A stretch of 63,820 nucleotides of DNA, filler included, from Hyphochytrium catenoides (Eukaryota > Protista > Hyphochytriomycota), in the NCBI GenBank assembly GCA_900088475.1. It is 17 parts of 17 records of this genome, joined end to end, with 100 filler letters (N's around TTAATTAATTAA, not from the genome) between each part and the next. Parts side by side here need not be neighbours in the genome. Positions count along the whole stretch, not along the records: positions 12,150 to 15,449 come from FLMG01000220.1; positions 15,550 to 16,621 come from FLMG01001876.1; positions 16,722 to 23,588 come from FLMG01002623.1; positions 23,689 to 28,312 come from FLMG01001291.1; 13 more parts are not named here. The stretch is one strand, 5' to 3'. The position numbers were made by a program, and so were the translations under genes. The notes beneath the pieces were generated by a model. It made no database searches. It was not told the DNA's origin and worked only from the letters and a program-made list of their open reading frames with translations. Below are positions 12,150-24,422 of the stretch, in pieces; the first letter of the stretch is position 1; each line of letters begins with the position of its first letter.

Positions 12150-14350
12150 TCTCAGTCACTAGGGCGGATGGGTATGAGAGACTATCCACGAAAGCCTTTG
12201 AGGACCCTTCCAAATATATACTGCTAGCACCTGAGAGGGAAAGGGCATACGAAGTACTTGACAGAGGACGACCCTACGCATTCAAAGCAAAGCAAACGCT
12301 ATGGACCAGGCGTACAGAGATGACCATGCAGTTACTAAGGTTGGCGAGTCAGACACGTACAGTGATAACCAGCTGATTTTGCACTGGCCTCATGACATTC
12401 CGCTCATCGACCGGTGCTAGAGCGAGGCGATAGCTGGAGAAGTGCCGGAGTTGATACGCTTCGCCTAAACGGGAGAGAAGAGATTTAACAGAGGGCCAAC
12501 AACAGAAGAACTATAGTCTCCCCATTGAGAGCCGTACCAGATACTAGAATGGAGTTCTTGAAGAGCTTCCTGAAGTCTGCAACCGAGGGATGTGAAAGCT
12601 CGGGAAGCTTTCCAGCAGAGACAAGGCAAAAGAGGTCGTCAGCAGCTGAGCTCTACGGCCAGCACACAAGCTGGTTGACATTATCGCTACTCAGAGCTCA
12701 CGTACCATGGGAATGCAGCCGATAAGTGGCACGTCCCATCGTTTGAGAGCCTTTTTGTAATAATGACTGATCATTTCCACCTTATCGGGCTGAACTTTGT
12801 TCAGGATCACACCCTGGGTAAGCAGATGGGTGTTAGATGGCTCCTCGATGCAACCGCATCTGCTCTCACGCTCTAAAGAGTCCTGCTGCTTCCACAACGC
12901 TGTTTTGTTTCCAACGCTGTTTTGATTCCAAACAGCGCATCCGCTACGGCTCTGGGAGGACCAGGGTATTGCTCACCTTCAACCGCACATTATGGCGGAG
13001 AAGCATTTCTCTGCTAAGTGCCAACTCATCAAACGAAGAACCCAAGCCTCCTAGCGCAATGATAACCACATCCAAGTTGCAGATCTCTTCAGAGTTAAGG
13101 TTGAGCGCACATGGTTAGCATTCCAGGTCGGCAATCAAAAGGGACAATCATACGAAGCAAAGGGTCGGGGGAGGCCGTTGCAGGAGAGCATATTGAGTCG
13201 CATAAAGTAGGGGCATACGAAATAAGAGCCAGCCCAATAGGGAGACGGACAGGAGAGCGACAATCTAACAAAGATGGGCACGGAGAGCTAGGAGCCAGTT
13301 TATCTACTCGATGCGCTTGAAGACGATAATCAGGCCCAAGGCCTACGGACCTGCTACTTGAGCGTTGTTTATGTCACAGATTGTGCCAACTCCGGTATGC
13401 CCAGTGCCTTCTGCAAGGACAAAGTCGCTCTGGGCGTTGAGTCTCTCGTATGCTTCCCCCACCCGTCTCTTGAGCTGCTCCGATGTTACCTAGGCGTAAT
13501 GGTTGTACGAAGAGTGAAGAGAGAACGAGCAGACATGATAATAAAGAGCATCATCAGAGCCCATAAGCGCCTAGAGAGGACAACCTATCGCCCGTTGAAG
13601 AGCAGGTAGGTAACGCACCAGGCTAAGAAGGTAGAGGGTCAATATAAGCAGAGGAAGAGGGAGGAAGGTTTAACTCGAGGGAAGGATGGAGAAGCGGAAG
13701 GCTTCACGCAAGGACGAGAGAAGGCCGGCCAAACAGAGGAACTCAATAATTGAAGAGGCATGTTGCGCCACCATGGCCCATCTCTCCTTTCCCATAGTCC
13801 CCTGCTTTGCTACCTTTCCGTCTAAGAAGTCTCGGGTGAAGCCTCTCGGGAAGATAACAGGCGACATGTCCTTATAGTCGTGCTGAAGCTTGAAGAAGTC
13901 CTTGAAGACGTATGTGTCTTTATCCACCTGAAGGCCATTGCCCACATCGATGTGCTGCTGGCCCACAGGCTTGCAATACGCCAACACCTTTCCTTCCTCC
14001 TTAAACAGCTTCAGGACGCCGTTCACTATGCCTAGACAGGAAGTTGTTTTACCTGTCATAGAGAACTTAGCAAACAGAGCACAGGTAGGGGAAGTAGCCT
14101 TTTGAAGACGCTTGGCACGAGGAAGTAGTTGCCAGAAAGGGCAGAGAGCGAACTAGGGGGAAACAGAAGAGAGAAGAAGAAAGGAGAGAGAGACCACGAG
14201 AATGAAAAGAGAAGCGCAAGAAATCTACTGACAGGACAGGCTGGAGCAAACCCAATGAGGAAGAAGAGCTGAGGCGCCAGTACGGAAGAGATACATACCA
14301 ACGTGTTGACCGGTCGCAGCTATAAGGACATGTCTCTTGCCCACCCTCAT
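12150..14350 (-). CDS. BioD-like/AAA_26 P-loop protein homologous to the N-terminal region of class II phosphotransacetylase; 3' end lost in gap
   Basis: Spliced: MRVGKRHVLIAATGQHVG|KTTSCLGIV...YCKPVGQQH...DKD...MSPVIFPRGFTRDFLDGK|VTSEQ...FVLAEGTGHTGVGTICDINNAQ...GGLGSSFDELALSRE...GVILNKVQPDK...WDVPLIGCIP. Confidence 0.85.
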
Positions 14351-15291
14351 CTTGTACCCTTGAAGCCCAAAGACGTCAAATAGCAAGGCCCTACTGCAAG
14401 GCCACCGTCACGCTGATTATTTTAGTTGGGCAGTATAAGGCTGGAAGAGAAGGTTTGGCTCCTGCAAGGAGCCTAGACGGAGAGTTGCTGTCGGTCACAC
14501 TTTTGGAGGAGAGAAAGTTGTGAATTCCGTGGTCGGGTTGCTAAGCGAAGGAGTAGTTAGAGGAGACAAGCTCCGTTACGCCCACTCTATTCACTCTTTA
14601 GTCGCTTAGCCTCAGTGGTCGGGTGCGGCTGACCTCTCTGGATGTTGGCAATGACAATGGGCAAGCCGCGGACAGTTAAGCAAGGTCGCTTGAGATTGTG
14701 GAGCGTGCAGATGGAGCTTGAGAGCATGCAGACAGCTCGAGAGATGCTCGATGCAAAGACAATGAGGGCGAGGTGCCGCCGTGCTTGAGCTTTGAGCTTT
14801 GCAGCTTGAAGACAAAGATTCAGCAGCAGCAGAAACCATGGAAAGGCAAAAACAAAGCTCACTCCCGGGGGAGCCCTGCACGCCACTACGCCACATTGCG
14901 ACATTTATAGGATTGCAGCCAACCTCAATCATCTGGTTCCTCCACAGACTCAATCACCTGCGAGATACCTAATGCATAAGGTCAAGGTGAAGAGCCAGCG
15001 TTTCTTTGAATGCGTCAATTGTAGGTCCTGGCCGTGTTTGACTGGGATTGACTGAGGGGATTGGAGATCTTCATCAGGGGCTGGGTCTTCACAGCCTGTA
15101 GAGTAATAATTAGCCAGTGCTCCGTCATCCCCTCGTACAGCCTTTGATGTCCGACAGCTGACTGCTCTCAGCCCTCTACGACTTGGAACTTTAAAGCAGC
15201 TGGAGCTCACTTTATAACTGAGAAGCAGGAGGCTCGTCTACATATCTATCAGGCGTGACTGTGTGGGCTGAAGGTATTCAAGGCGGCAGCT

Positions 15292-15449
15292 ATGACGAAT
15301 TCTTTACTTGTCGAGGATGTTGCAGGGAACCATGAAGTGATGCCTGACGCGGAGAATGTGGCAACAGCAGTCAGTGTGGGTGGCGGATGGGAAGGGCAGA
15401 TTGAAGCGATCATATTTGATTTGGATGGCACATTAGTGGACAGTGAGCC
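15292..15449 (+). CDS. HAD-superfamily hydrolase, N-terminal fragment
   Basis: IEAIIFDLDGTLVDSE is HAD motif I (DxDGT); divergent from the P-loop gene; truncated by spacer. Confidence 0.8.
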
Positions 15450-15549
15450 NNNNNNNNNNNNNNNNNNNNNNNNNNNNNNNNNNNNNNNNNNNNTTAATTA
15501 ATTAANNNNNNNNNNNNNNNNNNNNNNNNNNNNNNNNNNNNNNNNNNNN

Positions 15550-16085
15550 TTCCTCTCTCCTCTCCGTGAGAGATTTTTCTTCGCTTCCTCGCAGGCCAAG
15601 CCAGGACATGACCTGGGCGGTTGCAGATAAAGAGAAGATAACAAAAAAAGAGCAAAAGAAGAGTGAGAGAGGCGAGAGAGAGAGAAATAGAGGTGAGGGC
15701 AAACCTTACGAAGAGAGAGAGAGAGAGAGAGAGTAGATGTTTTCGGCTTGGAGAAAAACAAGACAAGCCTATTGCCACGTGCTACAGAGGAAAGGAAAGA
15801 GAAACACATACATACAACCACAATGGAAGAGAGGGGAGAGAGAGAGAGAGTGAGAGAGAGAAGGAGAAAGAGAAAGAATGTACGAAAGAAAGAAGGACTT
15901 CGACTTTCCATACCATGCCCGCTTTGCCTGCTGTGGCTTTGGTAGTGACGATGGCGCCATTCTCACTCTTCTCCTCTCTCAACTGTTCCTCTCTCTCTTC
16001 ATCTCTTTCTCCGATCTTTCTGCAATAGAAGGCGTACTCTTCCTCTCTCTCTACCACCTCGGAGATTACTCTCTCAGCTTTCTGA
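15550..16085 (-). CDS. Internal exons of an unidentified protein
   Basis: Non-repetitive open segments between CT-rich introns (KAERVISEVVEREEEYAFYCRKIG...GMVWKVE; ATAQVMSWLGLRGSEE); family not recognised. Confidence 0.4.
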
Positions 16086-16737
16086 GTTAATGTGGTTAGC
16101 CGGAGTGGGAAGGGGAGAGAATGGGACAAGAGAGAGAATGGGACAAGAGAGAGAAAGAGAGTTAGCAGGCACATGGGAATGTCATGTACCAGGAGAGAAA
16201 CAACAGCAGAGATAATGACAAAGAGAAATGCAGAGAAAGAAGCGAAATGGTAGCTGGGTGATGACAGGAAGAGGAGGCACCAAAAGAAGAGACGGAGAGA
16301 GAGAGAGAGATTGAGAAAAGAGAGAAAAAGTAACTGCAGAAGGGAGAGAGGGGGAGAGAACTTTCTAGAGAAAAGGCTCGAGAGAAGTGAAGAAACGAAG
16401 GAACAAATAAGAGAGAGAGCGAGAGAGAAAGAGAGAGAGAAGAAAAGAGAGAGGGAAGAGAAAGAGCCCGCAAGAAACAAAGGATTATAGGGCAGCCTTG
16501 GCAGACTTAAGCGATAAAGTACCGGTCAAGAGAGACACGAGCACGAGCACTAGAAAATGCTGGGAAGGCAAAGGAAAACAAAGAGAGAGAGCGGGAAATA
16601 AAAAAAAAAGAAAGAGGAAGANNNNNNNNNNNNNNNNNNNNNNNNNNNNNNNNNNNNNNNNNNNNTTAATTAATTAANNNNNNNNNNNNNNNNNNNNNNN
16701 NNNNNNNNNNNNNNNNNNNNNGAGAGGGAGAGAGAGA

Positions 16738-16940
16738 GAGAAGGAAGGAGATACGGGAGAAAGACGTAAGGTGGGGAAGGTGACAAGAGGTACAGCGCAC
16801 AGGCAGAGAGAGAGAGAGAGGGAGTGAGAGAGAGAGAGAGAGACAGAGAAGGGGAGAGAGAGCATGGGAGAGAAGGAAGGAGATGCGGGAGAAAGACGTA
16901 AGGGAGGGGAAGGTGACAAGAGGCATAGCGCACAGGCAGA
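16738..16940. repeat. Local duplication of a ~70-bp unit
   Basis: 'gagaaggaaggagat(a/g)cgggagaaagacgtaagg...ggaaggtgacaagagg..agcgcacaggcaga' at ~16738-16808 and ~16870-16940. Confidence 0.8.
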
Positions 16941-16962
16941 CAGACACACACACAGAGAGGGA

Positions 16963-17013
<51 letters not shown>

Positions 17014-17171
17014 ATGTGGGAGCGCAGCGCTGGTTGTCTAGGTATCCTTCTGTCCGTAGGCGCTAAGGACGATAGCAAGAGAGAGTAAAAAACCCTTCAT
17101 CTCTGGAGAGAGAAGAAGAGCTAGAGAGGGAAGAGGGAGTGAGGAAGAGAGAGAGAATTGAGGAAGGCTCC

Positions 17172-17438
17172 TCACTTCAAAATCTGTAGCTCCTCTTCCT
17201 CTCTTTCTTTCTGCTCCTGCTCTTCGTCTCCTTCTCTCGCCACTCTCCTGCAGCTCCCAAAGTCCGCAATCTTGATAATTCCTTTCTCTGTCATCAGCAG
17301 GTTGGCGCACTTGAGATCTCTATGGGCGATGCTGCGCTCATGAAGGTAGCAGATTGCGGAGTTCAGCTGCTGCGTGTAGACTCGGGCTGCCGCCTCTTCG
17401 AAAGGACCAAAGTCCTGGAGAAAGCTGTCCAAGAGAGA

Positions 17439-17486
<48 letters not shown>

Positions 17487-18081
17487 GAGACAGGGGGAGA
17501 GAGTGGGAGAGAGAGAGAGTGTGTGTGTGTGAGAGAGGGAGGAGAGAGAGAGAGAAAGGAGAAATGTGAGTGAGGGTGAGGCAACAAGGGAGAGACGGAA
17601 GGAACGAGAGAGAGAGAGAGAGAGAAGGAGCCAGAAAGAGAGAGACACAGACGAGAGACGAGAGAGTGACAAGAAGGTAATGACGCAGAGAGATAGACAG
17701 AAGAAAGTGACAGGGAACACGAGAAGAGCAAAGAGCGCGACATAGAGAAACATAATGGCGAGGGATGAAAGAGGGAGAGGCAGAGGAAAAGAGACCCGCC
17801 AACTTCAGGAGAGAGAACAAAGAGAAAAAAAGAAAGAAAGATCGCGAAGAAAGCAGAGAAAAGTAGAACAAATGTGAAGTGAGAAGAGAGAGACCGACAC
17901 GCAAAGGGCCAAGAAATGGAAGAAAGAGAGACAGCAAGGGCACGACTTTCTCTCTCTCTTTCTTCCCTCTCTCGTTTTTTTTCTCTCCTTGTTCCTTCTT
18001 CTTACCTTTGGACTGTCCCCAGGGGAGCATACTCCATTATCACATGCAAAACTGTGTCAATCAGCACTGAAAAGAGAGAGG

Positions 18082-18137
<56 letters not shown>

Positions 18138-18643
18138 GAGGAAGAGAGAGAATGTCGTTACGTCATTGAAAAGAAGAAGGGAACTGTATAAAAGTAAGAT
18201 CAGAGAGTGAATAGAACCTCGAAGAGAGAGAGAGAAAAGAAAGTATAGGAGAAAGAGGGAGAGACCAAAGAGAGAGACAAAGAGAGAAAGCGAAAATGTG
18301 CATAGAAGAAAAGAGAAGCCAGAGAAAGTTGAGATGATAAGCGTCGAAGGAGATGAGAGCGGGAAAGACTGGGAAAGAACTTCAGAAACAAGGAAGCAGA
18401 GAAAATTGTTGCGACCGCAAAAGAGAAATAAGTGGGAAAGCAACCAGGAGAGAGAGAGAGAGAGAAAGACAAAGAGAGAGAGAGAGAGAGAGAGAGACCA
18501 TGTCCGTAGTAGTTGATGATGTTTTGATGATGCAGCTGGGAGCAAAGCTGCACTTCTCGCCACAGGGCCCGCTCGTCCTCACTTGAACCTCGTAATATAC
18601 AGCGCTTCGCAGCGTATAACTCACCGCTGAGAGAGAAAGAGAA

Positions 18644-18703
<60 letters not shown>

Positions 18704-18820
18704 AGCGGGCTTTGAACTCAAAGGGATTGATGAGAGAGATAGACAGGGAGGGAGCAAAGGGAGAAGATCGGACAGAAGGACCAGAGAACGCTCTTGAAGA
18801 GAGGGAGACAGAGACAGAAG

Positions 18821-18870
<50 letters not shown>

Positions 18871-18998
18871 CCCCTAGAGTAGCTCCGGCATCACCTTGAG
18901 GCGTAAAAGACCTGCAGGACCTTGCCAAACCTTCCCTGACCCAGGACGCGGCCCAACTTCCACGGAGAGGAGAGAGGCAGCAGAGAAATGTTCGACAT
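17172..18998 (-). CDS. Ser/Thr protein kinase, STE11/MAP3K-like (subdomains I-VII)
   Basis: [15 protein letters not shown]; YAAKR; [19 protein letters not shown]; VIMEYAPLG; [16 protein letters not shown]...[10 protein letters not shown]...KIADFG. The activation-segment exon could not be resolved. Confidence 0.88.
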
Positions 18999-19567
18999 AA
19001 ATAGAGAAGCAGAGAGACAGTGACAAAGAAAGAGAAAGACGCTGTCTTCTTCTTACTCTCTCTTTTCTCCCTTCTTTCCTCCCGCTCCCGCCTGGTTCAA
19101 TATCTCTCTTCTATCCTCTCCTCTACGACATAATCTCTCTCTCTCTCTCTCTCTTTTCTCAATGATTATGGACAGCTCTTCTCTGTCTACCATCGAGTGA
19201 CAAGAAAGGTTCAGTTCCTCGCTCCTTTCTCCCTATTTTCTCTCTTTTTCTCTCTCTCTTGTCTGGTCTCTCATGGAGCCTTTTTCTTTCCGGGGCTGCT
19301 GTCTGTCTCCATAGGTGTTGACATCTGAAATTGATGTTCAAGGGAGAGGAAGATCCTTTCCCTTTCTCTCTCCTCCCCGCCCCTTCCTCTCTCTCTCTCT
19401 CTCTTTGCCTCCGTCTCTCTCCTTCACGGTTAGGTAGTTGCTACAATGACCTTTCGCTAAACTGCCACTATCTCTGGCTTTTGTCTCTCCTCCTCTCTCT
19501 TCGCACACCTCTCCTTTGACTCTCCTCTCTCATTATCTCTATCAACTATCGCCTTTGTCTTTCTCTC

Positions 19568-19614
<47 letters not shown>

Positions 19615-19727
19615 ATCTCTCTCTCTCCCTCTTGGTCCCCACAGAAAGATGCCTGTGTCCCTTCTAAGGAGGTTAACGGATGGCGCCAAATCTATTACAA
19701 CAAAATCCACAGCTTCTGATGCGCAAA

Positions 19728-19801
<74 letters not shown>

Positions 19802-20009
19802 AAAAGAAAGCAAAGCAAAGCAAAAGTTGATAACTCCTCCTTGACGACTCGGCAGAAAGGAGAGCGAAGCAACGAGAGACAAAGGACGTGACAATGATCA
19901 GAGAGAGGTCATCCACGTAGGAAAGAGCGCTTGCACGAGAGTCAAAGAGAGAGAAAGAGATAAGCAGACAAGACATTCTGCTTGACCCAGCTGACACCCA
20001 GGGAGAAGC

Positions 20010-20040
<31 letters not shown>

Positions 20041-20084
20041 AGAACGAAGAGAGAAAGACAGCGCTACAGGCCCTGTCAGGAGAG

Positions 20085-21871
20085 ATGACAGGAGAGAGAG
20101 AGGAGCACCAGGAAGAGGAAGTGCCTCAGGTGACAGGTCCAGTTGTCTTCCAGTGCGAGAGCTGCCACACCATCATCGGAGACTCTCTCTCTCTCTCTCT
20201 CATGGACGCAGAAGCAAGGACTATCACACTGAAGGGTAAATGCAGAAGTTCCGCTTGCCTCTCCCTCCACCGCTTTCTCTCTCCATCTCTCTTTTTTTCT
20301 TGACTCTCTCTATTCCTCTCTCCTTTTCTCTCTCTTGCGCTCTGTCTATCTGTCTCTCTCTCTTTCTGCCTTGCCCTTTCCCTCAAATGCGTGGGTTCTC
20401 TCATCTTTGTACGCCTTTCCTCTTCGTCTCTTCTCTCTCACTCTCGCTCTCTCCATTTCTCTCACTCACCTTCTCTCTCTTTCTTCTCTCTCTCTCTCTC
20501 TCTCTCTCCTCAGCGGCCGTTAATATTATTCAGGACTCAGAGCTAACGACCTCAAAGCAAGGGAGAGACTTGGGAAGCACTTTCANNNNNNNNNNNNNNN
20601 NNNNNNNNNNNNNNNNNNNNNNNNNNNNNNNNNNNNNNNNGAAAAAGCGAGCAAGGAAGAGGGAGACAGAGATAGCAAAGAAAAGAGAGAGAGAGCTCTC
20701 TTCTCTGGCCTAGCACGTTGCCTCTGTCCCTCCGCTGCTCTAGCCTGCAGGCGCTATGTCTTCTTTATTTTTTATCCTATCTAGTGTTCCTCTGATCCTT
20801 CTCTCCCCGTCGCCTATTTCTCTCCTTCTCTCTTTTCTCTCTCTCAACCTCTATATCCCTCATCCCTACGCCCACACCTCCTCTTCTCTCTCTTTCACTC
20901 GCGTCCTCTCCGTCTCCTACCTCTTCCTCATCCCCCCCCTTTCTCTCAATCTTGGTGTCTCTCTCTCTCCCTCTTTCTCTCTCTCTTTGTCTTTTTTCTT
21001 TCTTTTTTCTCTCTCTCTCTTGGGCCCCCTCCCGTTTTGGTCTCTCTCTCTCTCTTTGTCTCTCTCTCTTTTTCTCTCGCTCTCTTTCTCTTTCATACAC
21101 ACACCACACATANNNNNNNNNNNNNNNNNNNNNNNNNNNNNNNNNNNNNNNNNNNNNNNNNNNNNNNNNNNNNNNNNNNNNNNNNNNNNNNNNNNNNNNN
21201 NNNNNNNNNNNNNNNNNNNNNNNNNNNNNNNNNTCTCCGGTCCTACGCTCTGGGCTCCAGCAACATCAGGGCGGAAGGAGAGAAAGAGGAAGAGAGAGGA
21301 GAAGCTCCAACGCTAGGAGAGACCGTGGACAAGATGGAGCTAACGAAGGTCTCTCTCTCTCTCTCTCTCTCTGTGTCTATCCTTCTCTTTTACATCTTTC
21401 CTCTCTCTTCTTCTCTGTTTCCTCATTCTTGCCTTCGTTTCTCTTCTTCTCTCTTCCCAAACTGCCCATAAACAATCTGTCTCTCTTTCTCTTCTCGCCA
21501 GGTTCTTCTCTCTCTCTCTCTGTGTAACCTTTCTCTCTCTTTCTTTCTCTCTCTCTCCTCTCATTTAGTGCTTTTTTGTTTCTCTTTTTTCAGATCTACC
21601 AGTTCCTGCTGCATCTTAACGAACGGCTAATGGACATAGAAACCAATCTGCAAGGCCGACCACCAGGTAAGAGAGAGAGAGACAGAGAAAAAAAGAGAGA
21701 GAGAGAGGGAAAGAGAGAGAAGAGAGAGAGAGAGAGAAGCCAATGAGGCTCTTTCTGTCTCGTTTCTCAATAGATGTTGGGTCTCATTCTCTCGTTCTTC
21801 CCTTTCCCACAGCGTCGGGAGAGGAGGGACAGAATGAAAATGGTAAAGAAAAGCGGCGGCGACGGGCTTAG
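20085..21871 (+). CDS. MIS18: Mis18-like centromere protein (Yippee/Mis18 fold + C-terminal helix)
   Basis: PVVFQCESCHTIIGDS...RTITLK|AAVNI...SKQGRDLGSTF [gaps] LRSYALG...|IYQFLLHLNERLMDIE...KRRRRA*; second CxxC would lie in N-gaps. Confidence 0.78.
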
Positions 21872-21996
21872 CTTCAGGAGAGAGACGAAGAGAAGGAGCC
21901 CAGAATAAAAGCGAGAAAGACAGGGAGAATGGGAGAGAGAAAGAGAGAGTTAGAAAGTGAGGAAACGAGAGAGAGTGAGTGACAGGAGGCAAATAG

Positions 21997-22035
<39 letters not shown>

Positions 22036-22307
22036 CGAGAGAGAGGACCTTGATGAAGCAAGCTTTCGTATAGAAGAAAGTGCGAGAGGAGAGAAAGAGA
22101 GACTCATCATCAGCAACGCCAATGGTCCGAGGAAGTCATTGGAGAGAGAAGAAGTAGGAAAATAGTAAGATTCTCTCCTAATGTGGGAAAGAGAGACACA
22201 GAGTTATCTGTGGATAGACACCATGCACTTCTTTAGTGCGTGCTTTCTAAAAAACACGTATTTGTTAGCGAGTCCGGGCATATATCTTTTGGCCCATGCT
22301 TCTCTCT

Positions 22308-22344
<37 letters not shown>

Positions 22345-22509
22345 TCATCTCTCTCCGTCTCGCTCTCATCACCCTTGTTCTAAACTGGACTCTCTGCCTC
22401 GTTTGCTCGGTCTGCACCTGTATATCCTGTCCACTAGCTCTTTGTTTCTCTCTCTCTCTCTTCTGTCTTCTTTTGTCATCCCAGAGTTTCTCTCTTTCTC
22501 TCTCTCTTC

Positions 22510-23588
22510 TCAGACGGCCAACCAACCTCCATCCACCCTAAGAATTGTCCCCTGGATGTAAGAAGATTCGTCGCTAGAGAGAAAAACTACGGCGTTTGCG
22601 ACATCCAAGGGCCGGCCCAGGCGAGGAAGAGGTGTTCTCTCTTGACCTCTTCTCAATCTCTCTCCCTCTCTCCCTTCATCTCTCTCTTTCCCTGTCATTA
22701 TCTTCCCAGGCGCTACGCCATTAAAGAGAATGCCCTCTCTCGCATAATCTGCTGTCAGTTGTCTGACCATATGTCCCACAGCTACTTTGGAGAGAGAGTA
22801 AGAAAAAGTGGAAGAGAGACCAGAGAGAGAGAGTTGGGAAGAGATGTTGATCACTCTCCCTCGGATCGAGTCAGAGGGCGCCTGGGTCAGCATCTGCGCT
22901 ATGACTCTCCGCGTGACGAGATATGTGCCCTTCACATTCACGGACATTGTGCGGTCAAAGTCCTCCTGTGTAAGAGAGAGAGAGACAGTCAATATGGAAA
23001 GGGAGAGAGACATGTAGAAGAGAGAGAGAGAGACAAAGAAGAGGATTAGCACAAGAGAGGGAGAGACAAGGTGCGGAAGAGAAAAAGACCAGGAGAGAGA
23101 GAAAGAGGAAGAAAGAATTAATAACAAGAGTGGCATGACATCTCAAAAATCGTGGTTTAGGAGACAGAGAGAGAGAGAGAAAGAGAGAAAAATAAAGACA
23201 ATGGAAAGAAGAGCACGGCAGATAAGAGAGAGAGAGAGAGAGAGAGAAAGAATAAGGAAGAGAGAAAGAGACGGAGAGAGATGTCCCCTACCTCTTCTGT
23301 CTCTAAAATCGTTTTGTCTCCGTCGACCGCTGCGTTATTGACTAGAACATCCACTCTTCCAAACTCTTCCACAATCCTTTGAACTGCCGCCTCCACCTCA
23401 GCCTTCTTAGTGATATCGCAGGAGAGAAAGAGAGCTCTCTGCTCTCTCTTCTCTTCCTCCTTTCCTTCCTCAGAGGAAGGGGAGAGAGAGAGAGACTCAA
23501 TGATGTCCAAGGTTCTCTCTCCTCCCTCTATCGGTGTGTCTCGCACGTCTAGAAGAGCCACCTTCGCTCCTTCCTTTGCGCATCGGAT
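22510..23588 (-). CDS. Short-chain dehydrogenase/reductase (classical SDR), 5' end lost
   Basis: CDITK...FGRVDVLVNNAA; VNVKGTY; VINISS; catalytic YSLSK; NGVAPG; RLGRPLDVANAVVFLSSDESSYIQGTILRVDGGW*. Confidence 0.93.
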
Positions 23589-23744
23589 NNNNNNNNNNNN
23601 NNNNNNNNNNNNNNNNNNNNNNNNNNNNNNNNTTAATTAATTAANNNNNNNNNNNNNNNNNNNNNNNNNNNNNNNNNNNNNNNNNNNNGACCATTGGCAC
23701 GGTGGATGCTAAGCATCGCACCGCTCATACAAGTAGACCAACCC

Positions 23745-24260
23745 CTTGCCGTGCACCGCTGCCATACACCGCTGCCATACACCGCTGCCATAAACTGCTG
23801 CCATAAACCGCTGCCATAAAGCAGCCCATTGCCGTGAGCCATAATACGCTGCCATGAGTAGCCTATTGCCGTGAACCGCTGCCATAAACCAAACCGCTGT
23901 CATATATTGCTCTCAACCAGCAGCACGTTCCCCTAAACTACTGTCATAAACCGCTTTTATAAAGCAACCCATCGCCACATACCGCTGCCATAAACCGCTT
24001 TCATATTCCTCCTTCACAACCTGCTACCATAAGCTATCAACCGCTGCCATCAACCGCTGCCATCAACCGCAGCTCTTTTTCTCAACGCTGGTTTTTTCTA
24101 ACGCGCTGCTATTTCCCTATCGCGCCGCGGTTCTCCTATCCCACTGCCCTTTCTCTGAACCGCGGCCCTGTCAAAAACGCGCTGCCATAACCCGTTGCTA
24201 TATCCTGCGGCCATAGCCCGCTGCCACCACCCGCTCCCAAAACCCGCTGCCATAAGTCAC
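23745..24260. repeat. Second array of the AACCGCTGCCATA minisatellite
   Basis: Same unit and orientation as 10320-10735, again near a contig start. Confidence 0.85.
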
Positions 24261-24422
24261 TGTCATAATTTAATGCTCCCTGTACCATATCCGCGTCCGC
24301 CTAATCCTTTTACTCCCGTCCTGCATGCTCTTACTCCTACTCTAGTATTCATAAGTTCTGTCTCCTCGCTCCTGCTTCCGCGCTCTGCTTCTTTGTCCTT
24401 GATCCCACGAACTCCATCTTCT

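Noticed and set aside
19140-19720. Small plus-strand multi-exon gene between the kinase and Mis18 (KDACVPSKEVNGWRQIYYNKIHSF*)
   Set aside because: Exon-like islands exist, but no consistent start and spliced frame could be assembled and no family was recognised.
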